Origin: Trichormus sp. ATA11-4-KO1
GTDB taxonomy: Bacteria; Cyanobacteriota; Cyanobacteriia; Cyanobacteriales; Nostocaceae
Assembly: GCA_019358915.1 (NCBI GenBank)
Contig: JAHHIM010000065.1
Span: forward strand, 96,001 to 160,000
Direction of reading: 5' to 3'
DNA: 64,000 bases
Shown: positions 31,387-41,887 of the stretch, one piece after another
Numbering within the stretch: position 1 is the first letter of the stretch
How the letters are laid out: every line of letters begins with the position of its first letter
The notes under the pieces: model-generated
What the model was told of the DNA's origin: nothing
Seen by the model: the letters and a program-made list of their open reading frames with translations, nothing else
The model's database searches: none
Program-made: the position numbers and the translations under genes

Positions 31387-31916
31387 CAGATGTCGGTAGA
31401 AAGATAATATTACCACGACTGGAAGCATCCTTTTGTCATTTGATTTGGGTGCGGCTATTTATACTTTTGTTGCTTTCTCCAACAACTTAGACAATAGTTC
31501 TTAGTTGTAAAGTTTAGATTATCAATCAAGTATTAATTTATTATTATCTAGTTAAGACAAACTTAATGTACTGACGCAAGGTTAGCTCGCCTCATTTAGT
31601 ATATGGTAATCTTAATTGAAACGTGAGAACATATACGATTTTATTATCTACTTGAAAAGTCAAATTTTGCTCATTCCTGGCGATAATAAATGACCGCTAG
31701 ACAAAGCTATAGACTTGATCTGAATAATGAGCGATTGTCAAGTCCGGTTTTCTAGTCCTTTCAAGGGGGATAAAAACATAGTATGTTTACTCTGTTTCCT
31801 CCCGAAGTTTGCTCAATGCAGGGAACCTGCCCACGCAACTTCTCTTTGCTTCTGGAGATGTCTAGATAAATTACTTTTTAAACCATATGCCCTTTTAGCC
31901 GACTGGCTTTGAAAGC

Positions 31917-32813
31917 TCAGTTCTGATACTTTCGCCTCAGAAAATCGACCATTGTCCGCACTTTGTTTGGCAGGTAGACGCGGCTAGGATACAGAAGCCA
32001 CACGGCTGTTTCAAAGTCCGTCGCGGTCACATAATAGTTGGGAAACACGTCAATCAGTTGTCCTTGGGTGATATCTTTGTCAATTAGCCAATTAGCCAGC
32101 AGCACCGGTCCCATACCTGCGATCGCACAGTCGCGGAGCGTGAGGGCGTTCGATATTACTACGTCTCCGTCGATAGGTACTTCGTTCACTATGCCATCGC
32201 GATCGCGAAACAACCAGCGCGATCGGAAGTTTGGTAAGGTAAAAAGTAGGCATTTGTGATTTCTCAGGTCATCTGGAACATGTAAAGGCTGCGCCTGCTT
32301 TAGGTAAGTGGGGCTGACGCACACCCGGTAGCGTGTATTGAATAACTTGATGCCGAACATACCAATGTCAATACTTGGTCCGAGGCGCACCGCCAGGTCT
32401 ATGCGTTCGGACACTAAATCGAGGATCGTATCCGATAATAAAAGTTCAAGTTTGAGCTCCGGAAATAAAGCCCGGAATTCTGGAAGCAATGGCACAATGC
32501 ACTTATGACCAAACGCCACTGAGGCTGTGAGGCGCAATGTCCCCACAGGACTGGCACTAACTGCAAGAGCTTCATCACGCGCATGGTCTAGCTCATCAAC
32601 CAACGCCTCAATGCGACCGAAGTAGAGATTCCCGGCTTCCGACAAGGCTATGCGCCGTGTCGAGCGCTGGAATAGGCGTAAACCCAACTCGTGTTCGAGA
32701 GCAGCAATTGCTCGCGATACGGACGACGGGTCTATATTGCGGTTTCGGGCCACAGCAGCAAAGCTACCACTACGAGCGACTTCGATGAAGATGCGTAAGT
32801 TATTTAAATCCAT
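31917..32813 (-). CDS. LysR-family transcriptional regulator (CrgA-like)
   Basis: MDLNNLRIF..GSFAAVAR..PSSVSRAIAALEHELGLRLFQRSTR HTH; DLVSERIDLAVR; start ATG 32813. Confidence 0.95.
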   Translation of the reverse strand: MDLNNLRIFIEVARSGSFAAVARNRNIDPSSVSRAIAALEHELGLRLFQRSTRRIALSEAGNLYFGRIEALVDELDHARDEALAVSASPVGTLRLTASVAFGHKCIVPLLPEFRALFPELKLELLLSDTILDLVSERIDLAVRLGPSIDIGMFGIKLFNTRYRVCVSPTYLKQAQPLHVPDDLRNHKCLLFTLPNFRSRWLFRDRDGIVNEVPIDGDVVISNALTLRDCAIAGMGPVLLANWLIDKDITQGQLIDVFPNYYVTATDFETAVWLLYPSRVYLPNKVRTMVDFLRRKYQN

Positions 32814-32833
32814 TCTTGTATAAAATGCACGAA
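32813..32833. promoter_or_regulatory. putative LysR autoregulatory site overlapping its start codon
   Basis: TTCTTGTA-TAAAA-TGCACGAA, imperfect version of the 26917 palindrome. Confidence 0.55.
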
Positions 32834-32871
32834 TATGATGCAACAAAAGGCATTGATTACATTGCACGTAA

Positions 32872-33157
32872 TGAAGTATGTTTCATTTAGTTAAGTAAAG
32901 AAAGTGTCCTTGAATAATGTGAATGTAAAGCATCTCTGATTAACGGCTTAATCTTAGATTCTTTGTGCCGCTTTCTCCACTCAGAATGACAAAATATATC
33001 AATTCATACTTCCACAAGTATCCTCTCATAAGTAAGTCGGCAACGTAAAAGCGATGTGTATTTGATTTTGTTAAAACTGTGGAATGACATATTTCTAAGT
33101 TAGTTGCTTATTGTACATCTCGTTACATAGTCCAACTTGTTAACGCCAATTTACTTC
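32872..33157. repeat. two adjacent decayed MITE-like/dispersed repeats
   Basis: GAAGTATG..CATACTTC ends (about 32873-33011) enclosing a GATTCTT..CTCAGAATGACA repeat; AAGTAAGTCGGC..GCCAATTTACTT ends (about 33029-33156). Confidence 0.45.
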
Positions 33158-33696
33158 AATGGTATCTTCACAAATTGCTTCCATGTCCATATCATAAAGC
33201 AATGTCTTTTGTTCACGACAAATAAGTTATTTTAGGCTGTAATTGTAATCATAGAGCCTAGTGTAACTATTGTATTTAGCGTGTTTCCCGAGATAACTTG
33301 TTTAATATTATATCATTTTCCTTAGCCTATCAAAAAGCTAGGCAAATGAAAATGGTTAAAGATTTTGCTTTTAATAAAAATTAAAAATTGAAAATAATTC
33401 AACAGTCATCAAAACCAAGTATTGAGTTAATCATTGTAGCCATTTTTGGAGACAAATACTCTTGGATTATTTTCGATGAGTAGGTTGACCCACTCAATAA
33501 AAAATATTTTTAAATTTGCATAAACTTCCAATTAAATTCTGATAACTCTACAGATTGTATTTATTTAAGTTTTCTGAGAAAACCAAATTCATTTTTTTAT
33601 CATAACCAGTAAAAAAATAAATTTGGTCAGATAGTTTTGCCATGAAATGTGCGCAGAAAATCTTAACTATTAATTCTAAAAAGGAGATTTTTAGCA

Positions 33697-35181
33697 ATGA
33701 CACTGAACGAAACAATATACTCTATGAAACTTAAAGATCAGTCTTCTCAAGAGAATAAACCGAAATATAGTCATGATCCCAAAGGATTAGAATTGCCGTC
33801 TGATGCTTTGTCTCATGCTCAAGAAAGCAACGAGCTACTTCAGAAGTATCTGAACTCTGATGAGACTGTAGTAGGATTCGGGTACGGCGGCAGTGAATCC
33901 ATGACGCTTTTTTTGCAGAAACCGGGTAGTGAAAAATTTGTCCGCAAGGTACTGAGTGAACAACTGATTACTCCCAAATGGAGTCGCGAGGGAAGCAATG
34001 TTATGTTACCCCCTTGTGCGAAAGCCAAAAGTCAAACTCAATACCTGATGAATCTGCCGGATACAGTTAAACCTCTTTTCCCCAAAGTACTTAATATTAT
34101 CGAGCGTGAACAAAAAGCAACAGAGGATGATGGCTCTACAGTCTACGAATATATTTACGATATGACTTTTGTTCCTGGTATCGAAGTTAGCCAGTTCGTC
34201 AGAAAATATCACCCGCCGAAGAAAATTGTGGCAGCACTCTACCGCATCATCTTTCAACTTCTGAATGAAAAGATCCACAGCCAACGCCGCCGCCAAGTGT
34301 CATGTCCCACTTTGGAGCAATCATACTTTACCAAAATTGAAAAGCGTCTTGCTCTCGCGCAGGATACGGCACCAAAAACTTTTAGCGACAAACTGCTCAA
34401 AGCCGAAGAGATTATGATTAACGGCAAAAGAATGTCTAATTTGCCTCGTCTGCTGAGAAAATTTCGCCATAATTTAGCGTATCTCGATATTCTTGAGCCG
34501 AAATTCCATTCTCTAGTTGTAGGTGATACTAATACTGAGAATATAAAAATCGGCAATATCGAGCCATTGTTAAGGGATTATGTCAACTTCTCTATCACCA
34601 ACCCTCCCTTCAGCGCTGAGGATTTGGAGATTCGTTTTCTCGATCCACGTGCTATTGGGTTTCATGAAAACGGTGTCGATACTGGTGCCGATGATCCAAT
34701 GTACGACAACAAGCCGTGGCATAATAGCCTGGGCAATTATGACAAAATTCACGGTGAACATTTTGATCTTGCCTACCAGCTGCATAGAAACATACCCCAT
34801 ATTTTTCTTGCCTTTCATGAAGATAATCCGTATGAATATTCATACCGAGGCATAGAGGAACACTTTAGCGAAGTCATGAATGCGTGCTGGAATTTGGACA
34901 ATCCAGATTCAGATATCAATCGCAACGATCCTCACTGGCTCATCCGTTTTGTTTTCCTGATGGGTACGCATTTTATGGCTATGCCACCGTTTCACTTCAG
35001 CAAGGGTAAAGATGGTATTTTAATCGATGACGCACATAACCAAAGCCGTCCTTTGGCCATCTATGCTGAAGGAATTAAATGGCTGAATCTGACTCTGGAT
35101 CTACTCGAAGGAAGAATAGATGAGTTCCACGGTATCCCAGTTAATAAGTTCGGAATTCACAGAAATTTAGTGAACACATAA
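33697..35181 (+). CDS. hypothetical protein with protein-kinase-like (APH/choline-kinase-type) fold
   Basis: GFGYGGS..FVRK N-lobe, LFPKV, YDMTFVPG, VGDTNTENI catalytic-loop-like, RFLDPR, DDPMYD; AAGGAG RBS. Confidence 0.65.
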   Translation: MTLNETIYSMKLKDQSSQENKPKYSHDPKGLELPSDALSHAQESNELLQKYLNSDETVVGFGYGGSESMTLFLQKPGSEKFVRKVLSEQLITPKWSREGSNVMLPPCAKAKSQTQYLMNLPDTVKPLFPKVLNIIEREQKATEDDGSTVYEYIYDMTFVPGIEVSQFVRKYHPPKKIVAALYRIIFQLLNEKIHSQRRRQVSCPTLEQSYFTKIEKRLALAQDTAPKTFSDKLLKAEEIMINGKRMSNLPRLLRKFRHNLAYLDILEPKFHSLVVGDTNTENIKIGNIEPLLRDYVNFSITNPPFSAEDLEIRFLDPRAIGFHENGVDTGADDPMYDNKPWHNSLGNYDKIHGEHFDLAYQLHRNIPHIFLAFHEDNPYEYSYRGIEEHFSEVMNACWNLDNPDSDINRNDPHWLIRFVFLMGTHFMAMPPFHFSKGKDGILIDDAHNQSRPLAIYAEGIKWLNLTLDLLEGRIDEFHGIPVNKFGIHRNLVNT

Positions 35182-35251
35182 ACTTTTCTATACGTGTAAC
35201 AAAAAAAGATTTTTGCTGATGAAGCTGGAAGTGAAAAAAGGTGTTTGTCCT

Positions 35252-36694
35252 ATGAATTTCTCAAAATTTTCGTCGCCAAGTAGCCAAATTTTTAGTCAAA
35301 ACCAGTGCTTTCGAGGGCTGCTAAATGAGCGACGGATTTTTCCTACCCCTTGGCACTGGTGTGTTCATGGACTGGGGATCGGGCAAGAAGCTACTGGTTT
35401 TGAGCCGGATAAATCGAATCGGTTACTCGAAATAAGTCTTGCACTGTCTCGAAAAACGCAAACTGACTTTCACGTATTCACACATCATTTGTTACATGGT
35501 ATTGTTGCCACTTGTGCGGCTCTATCGTTAAGCGATCGCTACGCCCAACAAATTGCCCATGATCAATTCACAAGTGCAATAGAGCGGTTGCCAAGTCAAC
35601 ATTGGCAGTATGCACGTGCTTGCGCTTTGTTAACAGAAAGTCTAGTGAAACTCGGTCAGCTTGAAGCCTATCGAGATACTATTCATTGGCATTTGGCAAT
35701 TGCATTTAGACAAGTGGCGAGACTAGATCCAACCAATGACAAGCTTCGCTATGAAAAACTACAACTTTTCGCCAATCTCTTGTTAGCAGCAGGACAGGCA
35801 GGTTTTTCGGACTTGGGTGATACCTATGCCGATATAGCCTTGCAAGTGTCTACAACCATTTCCGATGTATTTTATCGAGGTAGAGGTTCAGCAATTATTT
35901 TTTCTGTCTTGGCAATTATCGGCTGCCAAGAGCAAGTATGCACTGGCCAAGAAAATCATCTTCAGAGGCTTTTGGATATCTTTGATGCAAAGTTAAATCA
36001 CTCATCAAGCCGAGATGCAGATGGTGTCCATGAGGGAAACGATTACTATATATTTCCCCTCTCGTTGATACTTAATGCAATTGCCGTATTGGATCGTCTT
36101 GATTATTTGATTTATCAAAGAGACTGGGTACAGCAAACCGTATCGTTGTTTCATACGCTTTCGCCAGCTTCCCAAGCTTCGCAGATCACCTTTTTTCTTT
36201 ATGCATTGGATAATCTGGGGATGCTTGATATGTATGTACCCGATGTGGTCACATTCTTTGATCAATGTATGCAAGGATATCTACAATCAACAGATGGCTT
36301 CCGAGTTGATGATTATTTACGCTGTACTTACCTGATTCATCTGGCGTGCCAGTTAGGAAGACCCGATATCCTTCATCCTCGCGTTTTGTCAATCTTGTCG
36401 TCAAGTGTAGCACAAGCGCCAGATTCTCAACGTTATTTGCAAAGCACTTATGGCTCCAGTTATATGGTTGCGGCCTATGCTTTATCTGCGTTCGATAGAC
36501 TCAGCCGATTAGATTTGTTGTTTAGTGAACAATTTAGCCTACCCGATGCCATTAGTCGTTTTCAAGATGACCCTGATGCCACAGCAATACATTCATCAAT
36601 AACTGCGTTGGCGCTGATGGAAACAGGGCTGCGAATGCGTCCTGTTGAATTTAGTGATACGCCGCTTTTCAATAATATTCAAATCAACAAGTAA
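35252..36694 (+). CDS. hypothetical alpha-helical protein, no recognisable family
   Basis: open 480-codon ORF in operon context; amphipathic helical pattern; start may be 35213/35219. Confidence 0.7.
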   Translation: MNFSKFSSPSSQIFSQNQCFRGLLNERRIFPTPWHWCVHGLGIGQEATGFEPDKSNRLLEISLALSRKTQTDFHVFTHHLLHGIVATCAALSLSDRYAQQIAHDQFTSAIERLPSQHWQYARACALLTESLVKLGQLEAYRDTIHWHLAIAFRQVARLDPTNDKLRYEKLQLFANLLLAAGQAGFSDLGDTYADIALQVSTTISDVFYRGRGSAIIFSVLAIIGCQEQVCTGQENHLQRLLDIFDAKLNHSSSRDADGVHEGNDYYIFPLSLILNAIAVLDRLDYLIYQRDWVQQTVSLFHTLSPASQASQITFFLYALDNLGMLDMYVPDVVTFFDQCMQGYLQSTDGFRVDDYLRCTYLIHLACQLGRPDILHPRVLSILSSSVAQAPDSQRYLQSTYGSSYMVAAYALSAFDRLSRLDLLFSEQFSLPDAISRFQDDPDATAIHSSITALALMETGLRMRPVEFSDTPLFNNIQINK

Positions 36695-36816
36695 TAGTGT
36701 TGAAAAGCATTACTACATTGTCCGTTCCCAAGCATAGGACACTGTTGAAAAAACGTATCTAGTAATACATTAATATACATCTGATTCAGAAGCACAGATT
36801 CTCAAGGAGTGGGTAA

Positions 36817-37290
36817 ATGAGTGAAATCTCCGTGGTAAAACTACAAGTAAATGGAGAAGAAAAGGTAGTAAATGTTGCATATGACACACCAATTTTATGG
36901 ATACTTCGGGATCATCTGGGACTGAATGGGACAAAATTCGGTTGTGGGATGGCACAATGTGGTGCGTGTACAATACTTTTTGACGGTGTTCCCATACGTT
37001 CATGCGTGACACCAGTATCAGCAGTTGTTAACCAAGAAATATTAACTATAGAAGGTCTTGCGGCAAATAGTAATCACCCGATTCAGCAGGCGTGGGCAGA
37101 ACTAGATGTGCCGCAATGTGGATATTGTCAGTCGGGGCAAATGCTTGCTGCTGCGGCACTACTTTGTCAGAAGCAGCAACCCACAGATGCAGATATTGAT
37201 GCGGCGATGTCCGGCAACATTTGTCGTTGCGGTACTTATCAAAGCATCCGAGCCGCTATCCATAGAGCTGCTGATCTCATGTCCGCCTAA
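36817..37290 (+). CDS. (2Fe-2S)-binding small subunit of Mo-hydroxylase (IorA/CoxS-like)
   Basis: GTKFGCGMAQCGACT, RSC, QCGYCQSG, GNICRCGTY. Confidence 0.95.
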   Translation: MSEISVVKLQVNGEEKVVNVAYDTPILWILRDHLGLNGTKFGCGMAQCGACTILFDGVPIRSCVTPVSAVVNQEILTIEGLAANSNHPIQQAWAELDVPQCGYCQSGQMLAAAALLCQKQQPTDADIDAAMSGNICRCGTYQSIRAAIHRAADLMSA

Positions 37291-37308
37291 ATAAGGAGAG
37301 TTGCCAGG

Positions 37309-39462
37309 ATGGAACCAAATATAATGAAGCGGCGCACTTTCCTGAAAGCATCCGGTGAAGTCGGCGTGGGTTTGTTTCTTGGGTTTTATTTGCCACTGCC
37401 CAATCGCCTGCAAGCCGCCGCCTCCCCAGCCAATCAAACACAGCCTCAGATCAATGCATTTATCAGGATTGTGCCGGATAATACCGTCACAATTATTGTG
37501 CATAAAGCGGAAATGGGGCAGGGAGTTTATACCTCTTTACCCATGATACTTGTCGAAGAACTCGAGGCCGATTGGGACAAAATTCGCATTGAATCTGCGC
37601 CTGTGCATCCCGACTATGACCATACCGTGTGGAAACATTATCAAGGTACGGGCGCTAGCACTAGTGTCAGCTCCACTTGGGATCAACTGCGGATCGCTGG
37701 TGCTACAGCACGTGAAATGTTGATTGCTGCGGCTGCAACAGTATGGGATGTATCACCGGGGAGTTGTGTGGCCGAAAAAAGTTATATCTTACATCCAGCG
37801 AGCGATCGCCGCTTATCTTTTGGAGAAGTAGCCGATCGCGCCGCTCAAATGCCGATCCCGGAGAACGTAACACTCAAAAAACCGAGTGAATTCAAACTCA
37901 TCGGTAAACCCATCAAGCGCTTAGACACCGACGACAAAGTTAAGGCTAAAGCAGTATTCGGGATCGATGTCCAAATTCCCGGTATGCTGATAGCAGTGAT
38001 GGCGCGTCCGTCAGTGTTTGGCAGTCGCTTGCAGCATTTTGACGCTGAGGCTGCCAAGGCTATTGCAGGAGTGAAACATGTGGTAGCACTGCCTATGGGT
38101 GTAGCTGTGGTAGCAGATAACTTCTGGGCAGCGAAAAAAGGGCGTGATGCACTGACAATCACATGGGATGAGGGACTTAATGCCGAGCTTTCATCTGAAG
38201 CCCTACTGTGCAAATATGCCGACCTAGCAAATAATTCTGGATTGGTCGTCAGAAAAACAGGCGCAGCAACATCAGCACTTGATGCAGCAGCCAAAAAGCT
38301 GGCAGCAGTATACGAAACACCTTACCTCGCCCATGCGCCAATGGAGCCATTAAACTGTGTGGCTGATGTGCGATCGCATAGTTGCGATATCTGGACTGGT
38401 ACACAGATGCAGACGACCGACCAGCAAGCAGCTTGTGAAATTACCGGACTGAAGCCCGAACAGGTGCAGATTCATACGACTTTACTGGGTGGTTCCTTTG
38501 GACGACGTTCTAATCCACATGGGGATTACGTCAAAGAAGCCGTGCAACTATCCAAAGCCATTAACAAACCGGTCAAAGTGATCTGGACGCGGGAAGACGA
38601 TATCAGAGGCGGCTATTATCGTCCGATGCATTACAGCACAATTGCCGCAGGACTAGATAAAAATGGCAACATTACTGCATGGTCTCATCGGTTGATTGGT
38701 GAGTCCATCGGCAAAGGTACTCCCTTTGAAAAGTTATTGATTCATGAAGGCATTGATCACCTTGCCATTGAAGGAGCAGATCACCCTTACGCAATTCCCC
38801 ACCAACTGGTAGATTATCACCCGGTTGATAATGGTGTGCCAGTGCTATGGTGGCGTTCTGTTGGTCACAGTTTCACAGCCTTTGTTGTTGAATCTTTCTT
38901 GGATGAATTAGCCGCCACATCTGGGCGAGATCCACTGGAATTGCGGCTTTCCATGTTAGGTGAGCAGCCACGACATCGAACCACCCTGGAACTCGCTGCG
39001 GAAAAAGCCGGTTGGGGAGGCCAGCTGCCCACAGGTGTTTACCAAGGGCTGTCCTTACATAAATCATTCGGTAGTATCGTTGCCCAGGTTGCTGAAGTAT
39101 CTGTTACCACCGATGGCAAGCCCCATATTCACCGAGTAATCTGTGCGGTGGATTGCGGTATCGTGATCAACCCTGACACTGTGCGCGCCCAAATGGAATC
39201 AGGCATTGTGTATGGCTTATCCGCCGCCTTGTATGGAGAGATTACATTTAAAAACGGTCGTGTACAGCAAAGTAATTTTCACGATTATCCTGTACTACGC
39301 ATGAATGAAATGCCAAAAATCGAAGTTTATATTGTGCAAAATACCGAAAAACCTAGCGGTGTAGGTGAAATTGCCACACCAGCGATCGCACCTGCGGTCT
39401 GCAACGCGATTTTTGCAGCAACAGGCAAACGAATTCGACGACTTCCTATAAGCAGGGGATAG
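37309..39462 (+). CDS. xanthine-dehydrogenase-family molybdopterin subunit (IorB/aldehyde oxidoreductase-like), Tat signal
   Basis: [50 protein letters not shown]. Confidence 0.94.
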   Translation: MEPNIMKRRTFLKASGEVGVGLFLGFYLPLPNRLQAAASPANQTQPQINAFIRIVPDNTVTIIVHKAEMGQGVYTSLPMILVEELEADWDKIRIESAPVHPDYDHTVWKHYQGTGASTSVSSTWDQLRIAGATAREMLIAAAATVWDVSPGSCVAEKSYILHPASDRRLSFGEVADRAAQMPIPENVTLKKPSEFKLIGKPIKRLDTDDKVKAKAVFGIDVQIPGMLIAVMARPSVFGSRLQHFDAEAAKAIAGVKHVVALPMGVAVVADNFWAAKKGRDALTITWDEGLNAELSSEALLCKYADLANNSGLVVRKTGAATSALDAAAKKLAAVYETPYLAHAPMEPLNCVADVRSHSCDIWTGTQMQTTDQQAACEITGLKPEQVQIHTTLLGGSFGRRSNPHGDYVKEAVQLSKAINKPVKVIWTREDDIRGGYYRPMHYSTIAAGLDKNGNITAWSHRLIGESIGKGTPFEKLLIHEGIDHLAIEGADHPYAIPHQLVDYHPVDNGVPVLWWRSVGHSFTAFVVESFLDELAATSGRDPLELRLSMLGEQPRHRTTLELAAEKAGWGGQLPTGVYQGLSLHKSFGSIVAQVAEVSVTTDGKPHIHRVICAVDCGIVINPDTVRAQMESGIVYGLSAALYGEITFKNGRVQQSNFHDYPVLRMNEMPKIEVYIVQNTEKPSGVGEIATPAIAPAVCNAIFAATGKRIRRLPISRG

Positions 39463-39525
39463 GGGACAGTAACGATAATGCTCCCTCATTTTTGCAATCA
39501 GCACTCAGATAAACCAGGAGGTAAA

Positions 39526-40623
39526 ATGACCACAACAACAACTGCTGCCGTAGTCCATGAACCCCAGGGGCAATTTACATTTGAAACCATTGAACTCGAT
39601 GATCTACGCAGCAACGAAATATTGGTTCGCAACCAAGCAAGCGGTATCTGCCATACAGATTTTGTAGCGCAAAATCTGATGAAACTGCCGGCTGTATTGG
39701 GTCACGAAGGCGCGGGGGTAGTGGAAGCTGTGGGATCAGGAGTCAGCCGAGTTAAACCAGGTGACCGAGTAATTCTTTCTTATCCTTGGTGTGGTGTTTG
39801 TCATGGGTGTCTAGAGGGTCAACCTTATTTCTGCGATCATCATATTCCCTTGGGATTTGGCGGCACTCGCTTAGACGGCTCGCACACAATTAAGTTGAGT
39901 GCAGAACGCATTTCTGGCGCATTTTTTCAGCAGTCCTCATTTGCTAACCACTCAATTACAGTAGAGCGCAATGTCGTGCCAGTTACTAGCAATCAAGCTG
40001 CCGAGATGTTGGCGGCCATTCCCTGTGGGGTACAAACTGGCGCGGGTTCTATTCTGAATACATTTAAAGTCAGCCCCAGAGACGGTTTGGCGATTTTCGG
40101 TGCTGGTGCTGTAGGTTTGAGTGCAGTTATGGCGGGTAAGCTAGTCGGTGCGTCGCCATTAATTGCTATCGACGTGGTAGAAGCGCGCTTGCATCTCGCT
40201 CTGGAATTGGGTGCCACCCATGTATTAAATGCCAAAGACGGGCAAGTTGCCGAGCGAATTAAAGAAATTGCTCCTCATGGTGTGCGCTATACCTTGGAGA
40301 CCTCTGGAAATGAGCAAGCACTCAACGATGCGATCGCCTGTCTGTCTACTGGTGGAGAATGCGGTATGGTAATTGCGCCCCATTTTGGCGAAAAATATCC
40401 GTTTTCCCCAACGCAAATTTTTAAACGTGCAGCAAATTTGCGGGGAATTATTCAAGGGTCTTCTGTACCAAATACGTTTTTGCCGACATTACTGGAATTA
40501 AATCAGCAAGGACGCTTTCCCTTTGAACGTTTGATCACTGTTTATGATTTTGAAGATATCAACAAAGCTGTGGCAGATACTAAAGCCGGTAAGGCAATCA
40601 AACCTGTTCTGAAAATGTCATAG
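39526..40623 (+). CDS. zinc-dependent (aryl-)alcohol dehydrogenase
   Basis: GICHTD, LGHEGAG, CxxCxxC..C, FFQQSSFA, CGVQTGAG, GAGAVG; GGAGG RBS before ATG 39526. Confidence 0.92.
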   Translation: MTTTTTAAVVHEPQGQFTFETIELDDLRSNEILVRNQASGICHTDFVAQNLMKLPAVLGHEGAGVVEAVGSGVSRVKPGDRVILSYPWCGVCHGCLEGQPYFCDHHIPLGFGGTRLDGSHTIKLSAERISGAFFQQSSFANHSITVERNVVPVTSNQAAEMLAAIPCGVQTGAGSILNTFKVSPRDGLAIFGAGAVGLSAVMAGKLVGASPLIAIDVVEARLHLALELGATHVLNAKDGQVAERIKEIAPHGVRYTLETSGNEQALNDAIACLSTGGECGMVIAPHFGEKYPFSPTQIFKRAANLRGIIQGSSVPNTFLPTLLELNQQGRFPFERLITVYDFEDINKAVADTKAGKAIKPVLKMS

Positions 40624-40678
40624 TCAGCTGTCTTTTACGGCTTTTGAATTTAATAGCAAAGAAAAGGAAATCTCAGTT

Positions 40679-41209
40679 ATGCAATTTATCGTATTTCTCT
40701 TAGCTGCCTTCTTGATGGGAGCCATTACCCCCATCTATCTGCCAATGAATAGCTCAGTGGCTCGGTATGTAGGTTCGCCAATTCTAGCCAATATGGCTTT
40801 CTTTTTCATGGGTCTAGCCACCACTCTCATAGCTTTGTCCATCACCTTGCTATTGACATCAAACACCGATGGGTTAGCGATCGCCGCAAAATTTAGAAAT
40901 GTGCCAATCTATCTATATCTTAGTGGTGTCTTTAGTGCTTTGTTAATCTTGGGAACCAGCGTTTTGATTCCCCGGTTGGGAGCTAGTACTTTTTTTGTTT
41001 TGTTTGTCTTGGGTCAGGTAGTAATGGCAGCAGTGGTCAGTCATCTAGGCATTTTAGAGTCTCCTAAAGACCCAATTTCGCTCCAAAAAATCGTTGGTAT
41101 CATCTTTTTAATTACAGGTGTAGGGCTAACCACATTTTCTCATGCTAAAGAAATCAGTTGGCTACCTACGGTCTTGAAGAGCGTTCGTGCCAGCCTTTGG
41201 GGCACATAG
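40679..41209 (+). CDS. DMT-superfamily small membrane protein (YdcZ-like)
   Basis: five TM helices, PRLGA, GQVVM..VSHLG. Confidence 0.8.
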   Translation: MQFIVFLLAAFLMGAITPIYLPMNSSVARYVGSPILANMAFFFMGLATTLIALSITLLLTSNTDGLAIAAKFRNVPIYLYLSGVFSALLILGTSVLIPRLGASTFFVLFVLGQVVMAAVVSHLGILESPKDPISLQKIVGIIFLITGVGLTTFSHAKEISWLPTVLKSVRASLWGT

Positions 41210-41253
41210 CAGTGACCAGCAAAAACTTTAGCAAAATTTAGTAGAGGAGTGAA

Positions 41254-41691
41254 ATGCTAGTAAACGTTACAACCAGTTCTGTAATCAACGCATCTGTTAA
41301 ACAAGTGTGGGCGAAAGTCCGGAACTTTAACGGTCTGCCTGACTGGTATCCGTCTGTAATCGACAGCCACATAGAAAATGGTGAACCTAGCGATAAAATA
41401 GGCTGTATCCGGAGTTTTAATCGTGAAGATGGGCTAACTCTACGAGAGCAATTACTAGGACTTGATGATCAAAAACATGTCTGCACCTATCTCCTGTTAG
41501 AGCCTAGTCAGCCAATGACAGACTATATTTGCACTCTGCGGCTGTTACCAATTACAGATGGCGATCGCACTTATATCGAATGGTTGGCAGACTTTAAATG
41601 CTTACCTGAAGAAGAACCCGGATTACGGCAGAATCTAGAACAGGTGTTTCAGGTCGGTTTTGATGCCTTGAACAAAAGTTTCAGCAGCTAA
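41254..41691 (+). CDS. SRPBCC family protein (MxaD/polyketide cyclase-like)
   Basis: INASVKQVWAKVRNFNGLPDWYP, IGCIRSF, LREQLL, TYIEW, C-terminal helix. Confidence 0.88.
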   Translation: MLVNVTTSSVINASVKQVWAKVRNFNGLPDWYPSVIDSHIENGEPSDKIGCIRSFNREDGLTLREQLLGLDDQKHVCTYLLLEPSQPMTDYICTLRLLPITDGDRTYIEWLADFKCLPEEEPGLRQNLEQVFQVGFDALNKSFSS

Positions 41692-41713
41692 CAAAAAGAT
41701 TCTGGCTTGAGAT

Positions 41714-41859
41714 TATAGCGTTTTCTCATCTGCTGAAGTACTGAATACATCGCTAATAAAATTTGACAATCTTTGCGTAACTCTGCGCTACCTTAGCGTT
41801 CTTCTGCGTTAAAAAATATTAGTTCTGTACCTCACTTAATTGGGAATCGAATCGCTATA
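41714..41859. mobile_element. MITE-like element with internal short tandem repeats
   Basis: TATAGCG...CGCTATA ends, GAAGTAC/GTACCTC subterminal IR, internal CT(T/C)TGCGT repeats. Confidence 0.55.
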
Positions 41860-41887
41860 TGGCTTCTCTGTATGTTAAGGAATAGTG

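Noticed and set aside
31727..31912. 61-aa ORF
   Set aside because: Overlaps a dispersed repeat (GAAGTTTGCTCAATGCAGGGAACCTGCCCACGCAACTTC); no protein features
33112..33127. Perfect NtcA-like TGTA-N8-TACA
   Set aside because: Lies inside a MITE-like repeat, about 570 bp from the next start, with no TAN3T at the canonical distance
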